64,000 nucleotides of DNA, from NCBI GenBank assembly GCA_951406725.2, contig OX597824.1, positions 83,824,001 through 83,888,000 of the forward strand, given 5' to 3'. This DNA is from Octopus vulgaris (lineage: Eukaryota). A program made the translations under genes and the position numbers. Position 1 is the stretch's first letter, and each line of letters opens with the position of its first letter. The notes below the pieces were generated by a model. That model did no database searches. It had not been told where the DNA came from and saw nothing but the letters and a program-made list of their open reading frames with translations. Shown in pieces: positions 38,548-52,156 of the stretch.

Positions 38548-39564
38548 TTAAGGAGTTGGTACTGACAGCTGATGTTATCTTCACATAATATTATCACATA
38601 ATATTCAACCTGTTTCATGATCAAACCTGGCAAGAGTCAGCCTCTCACACCTACCCTACAATGACATTCTAAAAATTAATAATCTCATATTAAAATCTTG
38701 AACCTACAACTCAAAACAATCATCACCATCATTAGCATGATGATAATGATGATAATGATTTAATGTCTGGTTTGAACAGTTTGACAGGAGCTGCTCGGGC
38801 TTCAAATGCTTGTTTTGACATGGTTCCTATGGCTGGATGCCTTCCTAAAACCAAAGCATTGCATTTGACAGAGTAATCTGAATGCTAAAAAGTTAATTTT
38901 AACCAAACGCTTTTTAAACATGAGTCCAAGATAAGAAGTAAGAATCTTCAGGTTGAGCTGAAGAACAGAAGGTCTTCAGAGAAGAAAACTTCCTGATATA
39001 AGTATTTCATCCCTAAATGTGTAACTTAGAGAAGCCACAAAAGAAGCTGAGGCACAGCTGTGTGGATAAGAAGTTTGCTTTACAATCATATGGTTTCAGG
39101 TTCAATCCTACTGTGTGACACTTTAGCCAGGTGTCTTCTACTATTGTCCCAAGCTGACCAATGTCTTGTGAGGTGAATTTGGTGGACAGAAACAGTGTAT
39201 ACAGAACTCTGTATTTGTGTGTATGTTTGTGTGTGTGTTTGCATGCATGGTTTGTCTGTACGTGTGCACATGTTTGTGTGTTTGTGTTTGTCCTCCATCC
39301 ACTGCTTAACAGCAAATGCTGGTTTGTTTACATCATTGTAACTTAGCAGTTCAGCAAAAAGACACCAATAGAATAAGAATCAGGCATAAAAAAATAAGTA
39401 CTGGGGTTGATTTGTTTAGCTAAACCCTTCAGGGCTGCGCCCCTGTATGGCTGCAGTCCAATGACTGAAACAAGTAAAAGATAAAAATGATTAATGATCT
39501 TGTTTTTATTTGGTTTACACTATAAATGTCAATATTTTCTGACGGACTAATTTATTTCTTTCAG

Positions 39565-40095
39565 CCTCATATCATGCTTAAGATCCGGAACGAGTATCTG
39601 ACCAATCCTGAGTTTGACCCAGCTAAAGTGGCCAAGGCTTCCTCGGCAGCCGAAGGTTTGTGTCGTTGGATTTCTGCCATGACAATCTACGACAAAGTTA
39701 ACAAGGCTGTCGCTCCTAAAAAGGTGAAACTAGCCGAAGCCGAAAGTAGCCTGAAGATGACCATGGCCAACCTGAAAGCAAAGCAAAATGAATTAAAAGC
39801 TATCGAGAAACGGCTGGCTGACTTGAAAGATTCATTTAGAGAAACCAAAGAAAGAAAAATGAACCTGGAAAATGAAGTTGACTTGTGTGGCAAAAAATTA
39901 ACACGAGCTGAGAAACTGATTGGTGGCCTTGGTGGGGAAAAAGACAGGTGGATTGCAGCAGCTAATTCTTTGCAAGATACTTATGATAACCTGATAGGAG
40001 ATATATTGATATCTGCTGGAGTGATTGCCTATTTGGGACCCTTCACATCGGCATTCCGAGAGAGGTGCATCACAGATTGGGTGCACCTGTGTAAA
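39565..40095 (+). CDS. DNAH12: Dynein heavy chain exon 10 (end of MTBD, stalk coiled coil 2)
   Basis: tctttcag|CCT ... AAA|gtacgt; PHIMLKIRNEYLTNPEFDPAKVAKASSAAEGLCRW...KKLTRAEKLIGGLGGEKDRW...IAYLGPFTSAFR; 531 bp. Confidence 0.95.
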
Positions 40096-40541
40096 GTACG
40101 TATTGTTGTTGTTGCTATTGCTGCCGTTGCTGTTGTTGTTGTTGTTGTTGTTGTTGTTATTATTAAAGGTGGCAAGCTGGGAGAATCTTTAGCACGCCGG
40201 TCAAAACGCTTAGTGGTCTTTTGCCTTTTGCTCTGTTCTGAGTTCAAATTCCACCAAGGTCGACTTTGCCTTTCATCCTTTCGGAGGTTGATAAAATAAG
40301 TACCAGTTGAACACTGGGGTTGATGTAATCGACTAGCCCCCGCTCCCCCAAAATTTCAGACCTTTTGCCTCTAGTTGAAAGAATTATTATTATCATTATT
40401 ATTATTATTGAATAAGTACCAGTTAATCACTGGGGTTGATCTAATCAACTTAATCCCATTGTCTGTCCTTGTTTGTCCCCTCTATGTTTAGCCCCCTGTG
40501 AGCAATAAAGAAATAAATTACTACTACTATTACTACTACTG

Positions 40542-40588
<47 letters not shown>

Positions 40589-40827
40589 GCTGAAGGCAGT
40601 TACCTGGCAGAACTGTTAGCATATCAAGCAAAATACTTAGTGACATTTCTTCCATCTTTGCCTTTGAGTTCAAATTCTGCTGCGGTTGACTGACTTTCAC
40701 CCTTTCAAATTCAATAAAAATAAATTGAACAGTGGGGATCAATGTAATCGACTTACTCCCCACAAATAACTGCCCTTGTTCCAAGATTTTTATTATAATT
40801 ATTATTATTATTATTATTATGATTATT

Positions 40828-40892
<65 letters not shown>

Positions 40893-40896
<4 letters not shown>

Positions 40897-41468
40897 TAGT
40901 CTTATTTTTATCACATACTTTTACTGCACTATCGAGTGCAGCTCTGTATGCCTTGGGTATGTGCTGTGGTTTGTTGTGCTGCTCTTATTTTTACTGTATT
41001 GAATGTGTTTTACATAGGATGTGTGCTGTGCCTAGTAGTGCTTTTTTTTTGTATGTTATATATACTTGTAAGTCCTGTTGTTATGTATTTGTCTGAATAT
41101 TTTTTTATCATACCTAATGCACCTTACTATGATAGGAATTGTTTCTGTTTTTAGACTCCGCATTTGAGTTACTTCTATTTCCAGATCATTGTATTTTGAA
41201 AGTTTCTCCGTTTCTTTTAGAGAAACATTGTCATCTGTTGGTATTGATACATCAATTAGAAAACTGCTTTTTTTTTTGTCTTGATGATCTCTGACAACTA
41301 TATCCGGCCTATTGGCCTTAATTTCTCTATCTGTGTGTATTGGCATATCCCAGTGTGTGGTTGCTTTCTTATTTTCTGTGACCTTTTCTGGCGTGTGACT
41401 ATACCATCATTTTCCGGTTATTCTATAGTGTTGGCATAACTTCCAGTGTATATAGATCCCAACTCTGT

Positions 41469-41470
<2 letters not shown>
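40893..41470 (-). mobile_element. R4/Dong-like LINE 3' fragment
   Basis: [46 protein letters not shown] (PD..D endonuclease motif); between (ATT)n and (GTT)n. Confidence 0.87.
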
Positions 41471-41547
<77 letters not shown>

Positions 41548-42355
41548 ATTATTATCATTATTATTATTATTCTAATTATTATTATTATCATTATGGATGA
41601 TACAAAGTAGTTTCAAAGGTTTTCTAAAAGACTTTAGAACTAATCTAGAGACATAGGAGAGCTTTACTGCTGAGAAAGCTTTCTGATGCAGTCTAATAGC
41701 AAAAGTATCATGGTGTCTGAGCAAGGCAGAAGCAGACAGGAGGAGAAGAGAGAAGCTGGGGAACCCCAAAGCCTTTGGCACATTAGCAAAAGAAGTACTT
41801 ACCTGCTGTCTGAGACTTTCAGATGTATCGGTGATATTATGATCGTCGTTATGTTTATAAATGGACAAATTGGTGATGGTGATGGTGATGATGATGATGA
41901 TGGCAACTACCACCAGCACCACCACCACCACCACCACCATCCTCATCATCATTGTTTTTAATGTCCACTATACTTTGCTTGCATGGGTCGAACTGAGTTC
42001 ATTGAAACTGACCCTCTGGCTTCATACCCTTCTTATCTCCAAAAGTTACCTGTTTCTAAGTAAGGCAATATTTTCCCATTAGCCAGACATATATATTCAC
42101 AGAATATTGGAAATGAATGACACTGCTTGTATGACAGTGATATTCATTTACAACTATCATATGATCGTGATCTCAAGACAAGGAGATACACGCATACTCA
42201 CAGACGTACAGATAAGGAGATACACACTCATACTCACATACATACATACATACATACATACATACATACATACATTACATACATACATACATGTTATTTT
42301 CAGGATTAAATAAAAAGACAACAAACAGAAAATATGACATACCTGTGTGTGTGTG

Positions 42356-42400
<45 letters not shown>

Positions 42401-42405
<5 letters not shown>

Positions 42406-42945
42406 ATCCAGACATGAAAACACAAAGAGAAAACACAACAATGCGAGGACGTGGAACAAGTATAGTGTTATTGGACGCTCAGGAAAGGAAAGAAAGAAGG
42501 AGGATTTAACGTTTCGAGCGGAGCTCTTCGTCAGGAACATAAAAAAGTGCAATTTCGGCCATTATTGATAATGTTGCTTCCACTCTGGAGGCACCGGCAA
42601 GAAACTTGCTGGGAACGGGACCAAAATATAACAAGACGAGACCAATAGTAAATAGACAAGGGACAAAACAATAAACAGAATAAAGGCTTAGGGCCGCATG
42701 AAGACAACAATTAAAATGATAATAATACATATACAGCAAAGAAACCTTAGGGCTGCAAGACAAGACAAAAATGGGTAACACAAAGGAGAAATGAAAGCTG
42801 TCCTAAAGGGCTATAAACATGGGAGGGGTAGAGCAAGGGGCTCAGAAAATCAGGACCAACCGCATTAGGCCGTCACCGACTATGTGACAGTGGGAGGAGG
42901 GTAACAAAGACAGACAGCAGGAGAGAGAGAGAGAGAGAAAAGAAA
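42401..42945 (-). mobile_element. Penelope-like terminal repeat remnant carrying a hammerhead motif
   Basis: 42401-42541 is the reverse complement of 61309-61449; abuts (TA)n; PLE assignment inferred from the minimal hammerhead. Confidence 0.65.
42503..42540 (-). ncRNA. Minimal type I hammerhead ribozyme motif
   Basis: AUGUUC-CUGACGA-A-GAGC(UCC)GCUC-GAAA-CGUU; palindromic AACGUU stem III; weak stem I. Confidence 0.65.
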
Positions 42946-44539
42946 TCATCATCATCATCGTTTAACGTCCGCTTTCCATGCTAGCATGGGCTGGACGATT
43001 TGACTGAGGGCTGGTGAACATGATGGCTGCACCAGGCTCCAGTCTTGATCTGGCAGAGTTTCTACAGCTGGATGCCCTTCCTATCGCCAACCACTCCGAG
43101 AGTGTAGTGGGTGCTTTTACGTGCCACCGGCATGGGGGCCAGTCAGGCAGTACTGGCAACGACCTCGCTCGAATGGTGCCTCTTACATGCCACCGGCACG
43201 GAAGCCAGTTAGCAGCTCTGGCAATGACCACACTCGGATGGTGCTCTTAGCACCCTACTAGCACGGGGCACAAGTGCCAGTAAGGCGAAGCTGGTAATGA
43301 TCGCATTCGAATGGTGCCTTTTATGTGCCACTGGCACGGAAGCCGGTTAGCTGCTCTGTCAATGATCACGCTCATATGGTGCTCGTGCCCGTCATCGAAT
43401 TTTACTTTGATTTTGACTTTATACATATATACAGACAGATGGATGGACTGGTGGGAGGATGAAGAGATGGATGGATGGATCCCAACCATGTGGTTTGGAA
43501 GCAAACTCCTTATAATAAAATAACCAGGTGTTAAACAACACTAACAGTTATAGCCACCAAAAAGGAAGCCTTTGTAGGGTCGCACAACCTTCTAGAAATA
43601 GCAACCTAATTTTCCTCAAATTGATTTTAGGAAGAACACGTTGGTTAATGTAGATCCAAGTAAACTATGTCTGAATAAAAAATTGGGTAATTCGTTTTAT
43701 CTAAGCATTGCTTTCAGGAATTTTAAAAGCTTGAACGCCATCGATCATAAGACTACTTGTTCAGGATTAACCCGGGGCTAAACAGCACCAAGAACAACAT
43801 GTCTGGCTATAAATACAGAACAAAATATAAAAGAAAAAAACACAGAAAACACTAATGGAATATTAAAGCTACTAAACTACTCTGTCTACTCATGTATTCC
43901 CAAGCAAGGATTTCATTGTACGTCAGAGAACCAGAATTGGAACCGTAATAGAACCAGACTTTTGAACACATAACACAGACAATAGCATTGTAAATAGACA
44001 ACTAAAGCTGATATTGAATAGAATTATATTAACCGTCCTTTTTGTAGATAATTAAGTAGAATCTGAAGAATATTAGACAAATTCTTCTGTTATATGGACG
44101 CCATCAGTTCTGTAGAGTTGTTATTATGGATGAAATTTTTTTTTGTATGTTTAATTTATTTTCTGTTTTGTACTATTTTTTTTATATGATCTCTTTTACA
44201 TTTTTTTTTTTTTGAAATTTCTTTCTTTCATGTAAAGGTCTGCATGACAATCAGGAAATATCAAAGACAGCACAAAGTTACACCATATATCCATTATGGC
44301 ATTATGTTCTTGAATAAATTTGCCTAAGAATGTACATACAATGGCCCCCATTATCTCTTATATCGACCGTTTGTTGTTGTATTGCTTTATAAGATGCTGG
44401 TTACATAGAAATGAACTCCAATCATTGCCAGTGTAACTGTCCTTTTTCCCTACTGATTCCAACATAAACCATTCTGTAAAAAACAAATATTCTTAATTTA
44501 CTCTCTCACTCTCTGTCTCGTCTTTTTCATTCCCCATAG

Positions 44540-44685
44540 AGCAAATCGATTCCGTGTTCAGATGAATTCTACTTGAGTAAAACTCTTGGAGAACCAATCA
44601 AAATACAGGCTTGGAATCTTGCTGGATTACCATGTGATAATTTCTCTATTGAGAATGGTGTTATTGTAGCTAATTCCAGACGCTG
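44540..44685 (+). CDS. DNAH12: Dynein heavy chain exon 11 (AAA5); absent from the ORF track
   Basis: ccccatag|AGC ... TG|gtaagc; SKSIPCSDEFYLSKTLGEPIKIQAWNLAGLPCDNFSIENGVIVANSRRW; phase 2. Confidence 0.94.
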
Positions 44686-45206
44686 GTAAGCTTTCCGAAA
44701 GTCTTTCATTTATTTTATCTTTATATAAACAGCTTAGTAGAGACTTAATATCTTGGCACGACCAAAGTTATTCACTTGTTGCTTTAATTAACGTACTTTT
44801 GTCCTTTGGATTGCTTCACGTCACAGACAAACACTTTCGCTCCCACTCAAGATTTTTATTAGATTTTATTTTTTCCAGCACCCCACCACCATCGTCACTA
44901 CCAACATCATCATCATCGTTATCATCATCGTCATCAATACAACCACCACCATCACCAGTACCACTGCCACCACCACCACCACCACTCTCACCGTCATCAT
45001 CATCATCATCATCATCATCACCACTGCCATCATAAGCTCAGCAGATTGACAGAATCTTTAAAGCATCAGGAAAAAAATGTCTTGCAGTATTTTTTTTTTC
45101 TGGCTTTTTGTAATTCTGAGTTCAAATTTTGGTGCGGTCAACATTAACCATTCGTCTTTCCAAGCTTCACAAAATAAACTACAAATTAAGTACAGGATTG
45201 CCTTAA

Positions 45207-45427
45207 CCCTTTAGCATTTAAACCGGCCAAATCCGGCCAAAAGTATTCAGCCTGTTTTATGTTCAAACTGACCAGATCTGGTCTCTCACACCAACCCTAC
45301 AATATCGTTTTAAAAATTAACAGCTACCTCATCAAAATCTCACAGCTACAATACAATGCCTGATTAGTTCAAAACAATGTGGATAAAAAAGGATTAATTT
45401 TGGTAGAATAATGTGAACACTAAAGGG
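45207..45427. mobile_element. piggyBac-type MITE, opposite orientation to the 27269 copy
   Basis: ttaa|ccctttagcattt ... cactaaaggg|ttaa. Confidence 0.88.
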
Positions 45428-45544
45428 TTAAGCATTCCAAGAATGCATTCTAGAAATGAATGGAATGGTTATGACTGAAAAGACTGCAGCCCTTTCCTCC
45501 ATAGGTGTGTGGCTTGCTTGATGTATGAAACTAAATATATGATA

Positions 45545-45795
45545 CTAGCAATATCGCCCAGCGTTGCTCGGGTTTGTTTCAACCCCTTAGAACTTGAAAA
45601 TTGTTAAAAGTTTTAGTTGAAAATTTATTTTTTACCGCTATTCGCTGGTGCCTCTGAGAAAAATAAGTTGACAAAAATACAGCTAGGATCATAACGAATG
45701 TCCTCCTAAAATTGGAGCGACATGCGTGCTAATTTGTGGACATGCATAAATTACATTCACGTACACGCATACACATCCTGCCTTTTATATATATA
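45545..45795 (-). mobile_element. Non-autonomous Helitron
   Basis: Minus-strand 3' end caaacccgagcaacgctgggcgatattgCTAG|t matches the 3' end of the 6366-6752 element. Confidence 0.72.
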
Positions 45796-47670
45796 CTCAT
45801 ATATTTAGTTTTATTTCTTGTATCTGTGTGTGTGTGTGGTGGGGTTGCATGTGTGTACATGCACTGCATTCTCCCCTGGCTAAAAGATAAAAAAAAAAAT
45901 TACAATTTCCTTTAGCTCACACTATATCAGATTAAAAGAAAGGCATATTGGATGAAGTAATTCCAGACACACTAGACTGTAAAAATAGGTGGTAATGGTC
46001 ATAACTGGAACTTGTTTATTTAGCCAATCGTGTATTATTAAGTGTTGATTTAATCATATAAAACATGTGGGCATGATCTTATATTATAGAAGATAATTAA
46101 TTATTTCTTGTGAAAAGGCTAATCATTTTATTTCACTTAGGTGAAGTTCAGACAACGTTAATTATGGGAAAAGAATTTGAAAAATGAACGATTACCATAA
46201 TTATCAAAAAAATATGTATGGATATGATGATTATAGAAATGAATTTGTAGTCATAATTATCAAATAAATGTGTGATTATAATAATTATAGAAAATAAACA
46301 TGTAGTTTATAATAATAATGTTTGAATAAATGAATAATTATCATAATTCCTGAAAAATATGTGACAAGGTGATTATTAAACATGAATCATTGCTTCACTC
46401 TATGAGACTGTATTTAATGCCTAAAAATAATCCAAGCTTCTTTATGAATAAAAATTGTGGTTTTAGTCTGGAAACTGTAGCAACTTAACTTTGTCTAGCA
46501 GTGAAAATTTTGCAAATTTCAGGCTCATTGGTTCTTTCTAGTATTTATGAGATCAAGCTAGAGTTAGTTTAGAATTGTGAGTGCATCAAATTTTGAGTTA
46601 TAAGCAGTTTTTATTCAACAGCATGTTTCAATATATGAGGTGGTATAATATATCAAGGCGGCGAGCTGGCAGAAACGTTAGCGCGTCGGGCGAAATGCTT
46701 AGCGGTATTTTGTTTGTCGTTACGTTCTGAGTTCAAATTCCACCGAGGTCGACTTTGCCTTTCATCCTTTCGGGGTCGATAAATAAAGTACCAGTTTCGC
46801 ACTGTGGTTGATGTAACCGACTTAATCCCTTTGTCTGTCCTTGTTTAGCCCCTTGTGGGTAGTAAAGAAATAGGTATTTTGTCTGTCATTACGTTCTGAG
46901 TTCAAATTCCATCGAGGTCAACTTTGCCTTTCATCCTTTCGGGGTCGATAAATAAAGTACCAGTTTTACACTGGGGTCAATGTAACTGACTCAATCCCTT
47001 TGTCTGTCCTTGTTTGTCCCCTCTATGTTTTGCCCCTTGTGGGCAATAAAGAAATATATATGAGGTGGTATCAAAAAGTTCCTGGTCTAGTTCTGTAGCA
47101 TGCTAACAGACAGAAGTACATGGTTGTGTGCGCTGTGAGAGCAGTGATCTTCATGAGGCAGTGTGCCACTAGACTTCTCTGTGTTTACTTCACAAGTTGT
47201 GAAATTTGTGTTTTCGTGGTCACATGTATGCTGTAGTCGGCGATTTTGTCATAGACAAGAACAAAGATCCAATATGAAATTTTGCACTGAACTTAAGAAA
47301 TCTGCTACAGAGACGTTGAGCATGCTTCAGCAAGCTTATGGCAATGAGGCATCAGGTTGCATGCAATGTTTTGAGCGGTATGGGCACCTCAAAAGCGGAA
47401 GAACATCCCTAGAAGTCAATGAGTGATCTGGAAGACCTGCCATGAGTGTAACCCTTTGGAAATGGGTAGAAAATTCATCAGCTTATGAATGAGAATCGTT
47501 GGAGGACAACCAACAACATTACTGATGTTGTTGTTCTATCGTATGGGTCCATGCAGGCAATCCTAACATCTTAATTGATCATGCATGTCTCTGCCAAGTT
47601 TGTCCTTCACCTGCTGACCACAGACATTATTTACATTTGACGGATATTTGTCCCTCATCTTGTTTGTTGT

Positions 47671-47720
47671 TAACACAACATTTCAGCTGATATACCCTCC
47701 AGCCTTCATCAGGTGTCTTG
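47671..47720 (-). ncRNA. Minimal type I hammerhead ribozyme motif (PLE-like repeat 47625-47762)
   Basis: GACAC-CUGAUGA-A-GGCUG(loop)CAGCU-GAAA-UGUU-GUGUU. Confidence 0.65.
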
Positions 47721-47778
47721 GGGAAATTTCGAACCTGGGTTCTCATTTCTAAGGTATTTTTGACTGTTGTTGTTGTTG

Positions 47779-47821
<43 letters not shown>

Positions 47822-48342
47822 ATAAAAAGCACTATCCAAATCGTGGTCGATGCCAGCGCCGCCTCGACTGGCTTCTGTGTCGGTGGCACGTAAAAAGCAC
47901 CATCCGAATCGTAGCCGAAGCCAGTGCCGCCTCGACTGGCTTCCGTGCAGGTGGCACGTAAAATGCACCAATCCGACCATGGCCGATGCCAGCCTCGCCT
48001 GGCACCAGTGCAGGTGGCACGTAAAAAGCACCCACTACACTCACGGAGTGGTTGGCGTTAGGAAGGGCATCCAGCTGTAGAAACATTGCCAGATAAGACC
48101 GGAGCCTGGTGCAGCCTTCTGGCTTCCCAGATCCCCGGTCGAACCGTCCAACCCATGCTAGCATGGAGAACGGATGTTAAACGATGATGATGATGATGAT
48201 GATTATTATTGTTATTATTGTTCAGGTCACTGCCTGAAATTGAACTTGGAATCTTGGGGTTAGTAGCCCATGCTCTTAACCACTACACCATAATAACATT
48301 GAAAAATACCTTAGGAATGAGAACCCAGGTTCGAAATTTCCC

Positions 48343-48392
48343 CAAGACACCTGATGAAGGCTGGAGGGTATATCAGCCGAAATGCTGTGTTA
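48343..48392 (+). ncRNA. Minimal type I hammerhead ribozyme motif (PLE-like repeat 48300-48455)
   Basis: GACAC-CUGAUGA-A-GGCUG(GAGGGUAUAU)CAGCC-GAAA-UGCU-GUGUU; cleavage triplet decayed. Confidence 0.62.
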
Positions 48393-51003
48393 ACAACAAA
48401 CAAGATGAGGACAAATATCCGTCAAATGTAAATAATTCTTCATCTCTTAAATATAGAACTGAAAGAACATTATGTTGAAATCTATCAAGATCTCTGTCAG
48501 CGTGTCGCTGATGACCCATCCTTCATGTCAAGGATCTTCACCAGTGACACGAGTTGGGTCTACAGGTACGGCCTTGAGACAAAGCAACAGTTGTCACAAT
48601 GGAAGAAGCCTCCAACTCCATGACTGAAGAAAGCAAGACAGAACCACAGCTCAATCAAGAGCATGCTCATAATTTTTTTTTTTTTTTTGTTTTGACATCT
48701 ACACATCCATTGAGAATTCATTCCCCCCATCCTGGGCAAGCCCATCAATCAGGAGTTCTGCTGCAATGTTTTGAAGTGTTTGAAGGGAGGACATTCAGCG
48801 AAAGCAACCAGATCTGTGAAGCATGAAGAACTGGAATTTGGGAGAAAATGGAGAGGAGGACAGGCGGAAGTCTTTCAAAAATTGGATTCTTCACGATGTC
48901 AATGCACCCTGCCACTGAGCTCTCCTCACCTGTGGGTTTCTTGCCAAAAACAACACACTCACCCTATTCGCCAGATTTAGCACCTGCAGACATCCATTTC
49001 TCCCCCAAGATGAAAAAGGCAGCTCAAAGGTCACTGTTTTAACACCAGTGTCGAGATCCAAAGCAAATCACAGAAGTTCGTCGACTTCATCATCATCATC
49101 ATCGTTTAATGTCCGCTTTCCATGCTAGCATGGGTTGGACGGTTCGACTGGGGTCTGAGAAGCCAGGAGGCTGCGCCAGGTCCAGTCTGATCTGGCAGTG
49201 TTTCTACAGCTGGATGCCCTTCCTAATGCCAACCAGTCCGTGAGTGCAGTGGGTGCATTTTACGTGCCAGGCGAGGCTGGCAACAGCTACTATTGGTTGG
49301 TGCTTTTTACATGCCACCGGCACGGAAGCCAGTTGAGGCGGCGCTGGCAACGGCCACTTTCGGATGGTTCTTTTACGTGCCACCGAACTTGCTTATGGAA
49401 AACAACTTCCAGGCTAGATTTCAAAACTGGCAGCAATGCTGGGACCAGTGAATAGCTGTGCAAGGTGACTATTCTGAAGGAGATGATGTTAAAGCTTATG
49501 CAAATAAGTTATTTTTTATTAAACATAATTAGTCCAGGAACATTTTGATACCACCTCGTATGGTCAGACAGATAAGAAGAGAAATGTATTTTTGAAAATG
49601 AATTAATTCAGAGACACCATCTGCATGATATACCAAAGTTAAGTAGCTGTCAGCATGAGGCATTAAATGTATTGAACAATTATATAATCTTGCACTTCAC
49701 CAACTAGTTTAACACCACCACTATCAATCACCACCCTCAACATCACACCCTCACCACCACAACTATCATCACTACTGCCACAACCATCACCACCACCATC
49801 GTCACCATCACTACTACCATTGTTGCCATCACCACCACCACCACAACTACCATCACCACCCCTGCCATCATCACTACCACTACCACCACAACCATCACCA
49901 CCACTATCACCACCACCATCACCACCGTCACCATCACTACCACCACCATTGCTATCACCACCACAGTTGACATTACCTGCTCCATGGGTGTCTTAAACAA
50001 GAAAGTTTACTGTTATAAGAAGCATTAAAACTGGATTCCTTGATCCCTCTCTGCTTACATTGGCATCAGCTGCGTCAGTGTCCAGTTTAGGAGTAGAGTC
50101 AGTAAAGGGCATGGACACCACCTCTTCTCTTTAGATTAACTCAGATATATTAGTGGTAGCAGTAGTTGTCACAAGTGTGGTGCTAGTTGTAGTGGTGGAG
50201 GTGGTGTTGGTGATGGTGGTAGTGATGGTGGTGCTATTGGGTGGCATGAGTGAAGTGTAAGTTGTAGTATTGGTAGTGGTGCTGTTACTGCTGTTGGTGG
50301 TGGTGGTGGCAGTGGTCGTGACAAGTATAGAGTGGAGGTTTTGTGTCTGAGTATAATGTCGATAGTCATGTTGTTATTTAGCTACACACAAATCCTGACT
50401 GACAAAACCTACGATCACAGCATTCCAACCATGAGCATCCCATCTGACTTGCACAAATTATATCAGAATTAACTGGAAAAAAAAAGACAACAGTGCTGTC
50501 TCTGTTTCCAAGTATTCTATGTCCAAAAGAAGAATTCCTGTCATTATCATTGGCATTATCACCCACACCATCATTACCATTGCCCTTGTCATCATCGTTG
50601 TCACATCCTCAACATATGTGTTTTTATCCATGTATGTATACATATATATATATATATATATAGCAATAAGAAAATGGAGTGGATCAATAAGTGGTTCATC
50701 AACTTTTAGACATTATATTATGTCAACTCATTTATTTATTTACTAAACTGACACCTTCACCCATTTAGTACACTAGGTAATGTAATTGCAATGCAGTAAA
50801 AAACACATGTGTATTAATAATTGGGTATTCTACCAACTGTATATTGGATAGATATTATCCCTTAGTTGGTTGGATTCACAACCTCTAACATTCTTGGAGT
50901 TATATATATATAAAGAGAAAGTTTACGAAAATAAACGAAAGACGAAGGCAGGTGGTGTACAAACAAACAGATGTATTAGTATAGTGCTCAGGAATAGAAA
51001 AAG

Positions 51004-51041
51004 TCTTTTATGTTTCGAGCCTACGCTCTTCTACAGAAAGA
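51004..51041 (-). ncRNA. Hammerhead-like motif with CUGUAGA core (PLE-like repeat about 50910-51110)
   Basis: UCUUU-CUGUAGA-A-GAGC(GUAG)GCUC-GAAA-CAUA-AAAGA; 5-bp stem I, 4-bp stem II. Confidence 0.55.
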
Positions 51042-51457
51042 TAGACAGAAAAAAACAAGGAGAGAAAAAAAGGGAGAGAAAAAATGTGTGTAGTAGCTAA
51101 CGATCTATCATATATGTATTACATCAATTTTAAATTGTAGAGCAACCTTGAGCTGCATAAAAATATAGAATTTAGTTAAATTCGAAGGATTCATTTGTAT
51201 AGTTTTTCCATTAACCAAAATCACAAAGAGGATAAATAGATAGACAAAGAACATGTTTCATCAACAAGATTGATGTAATATTTGCATTGTTCAATTAAAT
51301 GGAGTCGCATGAAACGATCGTACTGCATTACCTCTGGATATCCTTGTTACTTATTTTGATTGTAATCACCCCATTTTGAATTATATGGATAATAGCATGC
51401 TAAATCCTGGTGTCTTTTGTTCTGATTGTTGAGTATGTATTGTTTCTTCTTTGGCAG

Positions 51458-51669
51458 GCCATTAATGATTGACCCTCAAGGTCAAGCAAACAAATGGGTG
51501 AAGAACTCCGAGAAAAGCAATTTGGCCGTAATAAAACTGACCGACCCAGATTACATGCGGACTCTGGAGAATTGCATCCAGCTTGGCTATCCCTGTCTGT
51601 TAGAAAATGTCGGTGAAGAACTGGACCCATCTCTCGAATCTCTCCTGTTAAAACAAATATTTAAACAAG
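51458..51669 (+). CDS. DNAH12: Dynein heavy chain exon 12 (AAA5)
   Basis: tttggcag|G ... CAAG|gtgatt; (W)[19 protein letters not shown]...[26 protein letters not shown]; no further exon was recognised before the window end. Confidence 0.94.
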
Positions 51670-51773
51670 GTGATTATGTTTATTTTTTCATTTAAACCTT
51701 GTTGATCAACATCGTCATCATCAGCATAATCATCGTTTAAGATCCATTTTCCATGCTGGTATGGGTTGGATAA

Positions 51774-52156
51774 GGAGGCGTAATGGCCCAGTGGTTAGGG
51801 CAGCGGACTCGCGGTCGGAGGATCGCGGTTTCGATTCCCAGACCGGGTATTGTGAGTGTTTATTGAGCAAAAACACCTAAAGCTCCACGAGGCTCCGGCA
51901 GGGGATGGTGGTGATCCCTGCTGTACTCTTTCACCACAACTTTCTCTCACTCTTACTTCCTGTTTCTCTTGTACCTGTATTTCAAAGGGCGAGCCTTGTC
52001 ACACTCTGTGTCACGCTGGATCTCCTCGAGAACTACGTTAAGGGTACACGTGTCTGTGGAGTGCTCAGCCACTTGCACGTTAATATCATGAGCAAGCTGT
52101 TCCGTTGATCGTATCAGCTGGGACCCTCATCGTCGCAACTGACGGAGTGCTCCTAC
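51774..52156 (+). mobile_element. tRNA(Arg)-like SINE inserted into an RTE-tail repeat
   Basis: Same family as 36770; TSD atgggttggat. Confidence 0.85.

Larger units (their letters stand above)
47061..49558 (+). mobile_element. Decayed full-length mariner with nested insertions
   Basis: TA-flanked TIRs tgaggtggtatcaaaaagttcctgg / ccaggaacattttgataccacctcg; EQRSNMKFC..KSATETLSMLQQAYG, KSGRTSLE, HSPYSPDLAPAD. Confidence 0.9.

Noticed and set aside
40096-40299. C-terminal extension of the 257-aa ORF
   Set aside because: Intron read-through past a good donor into (GTT)n and a SINE
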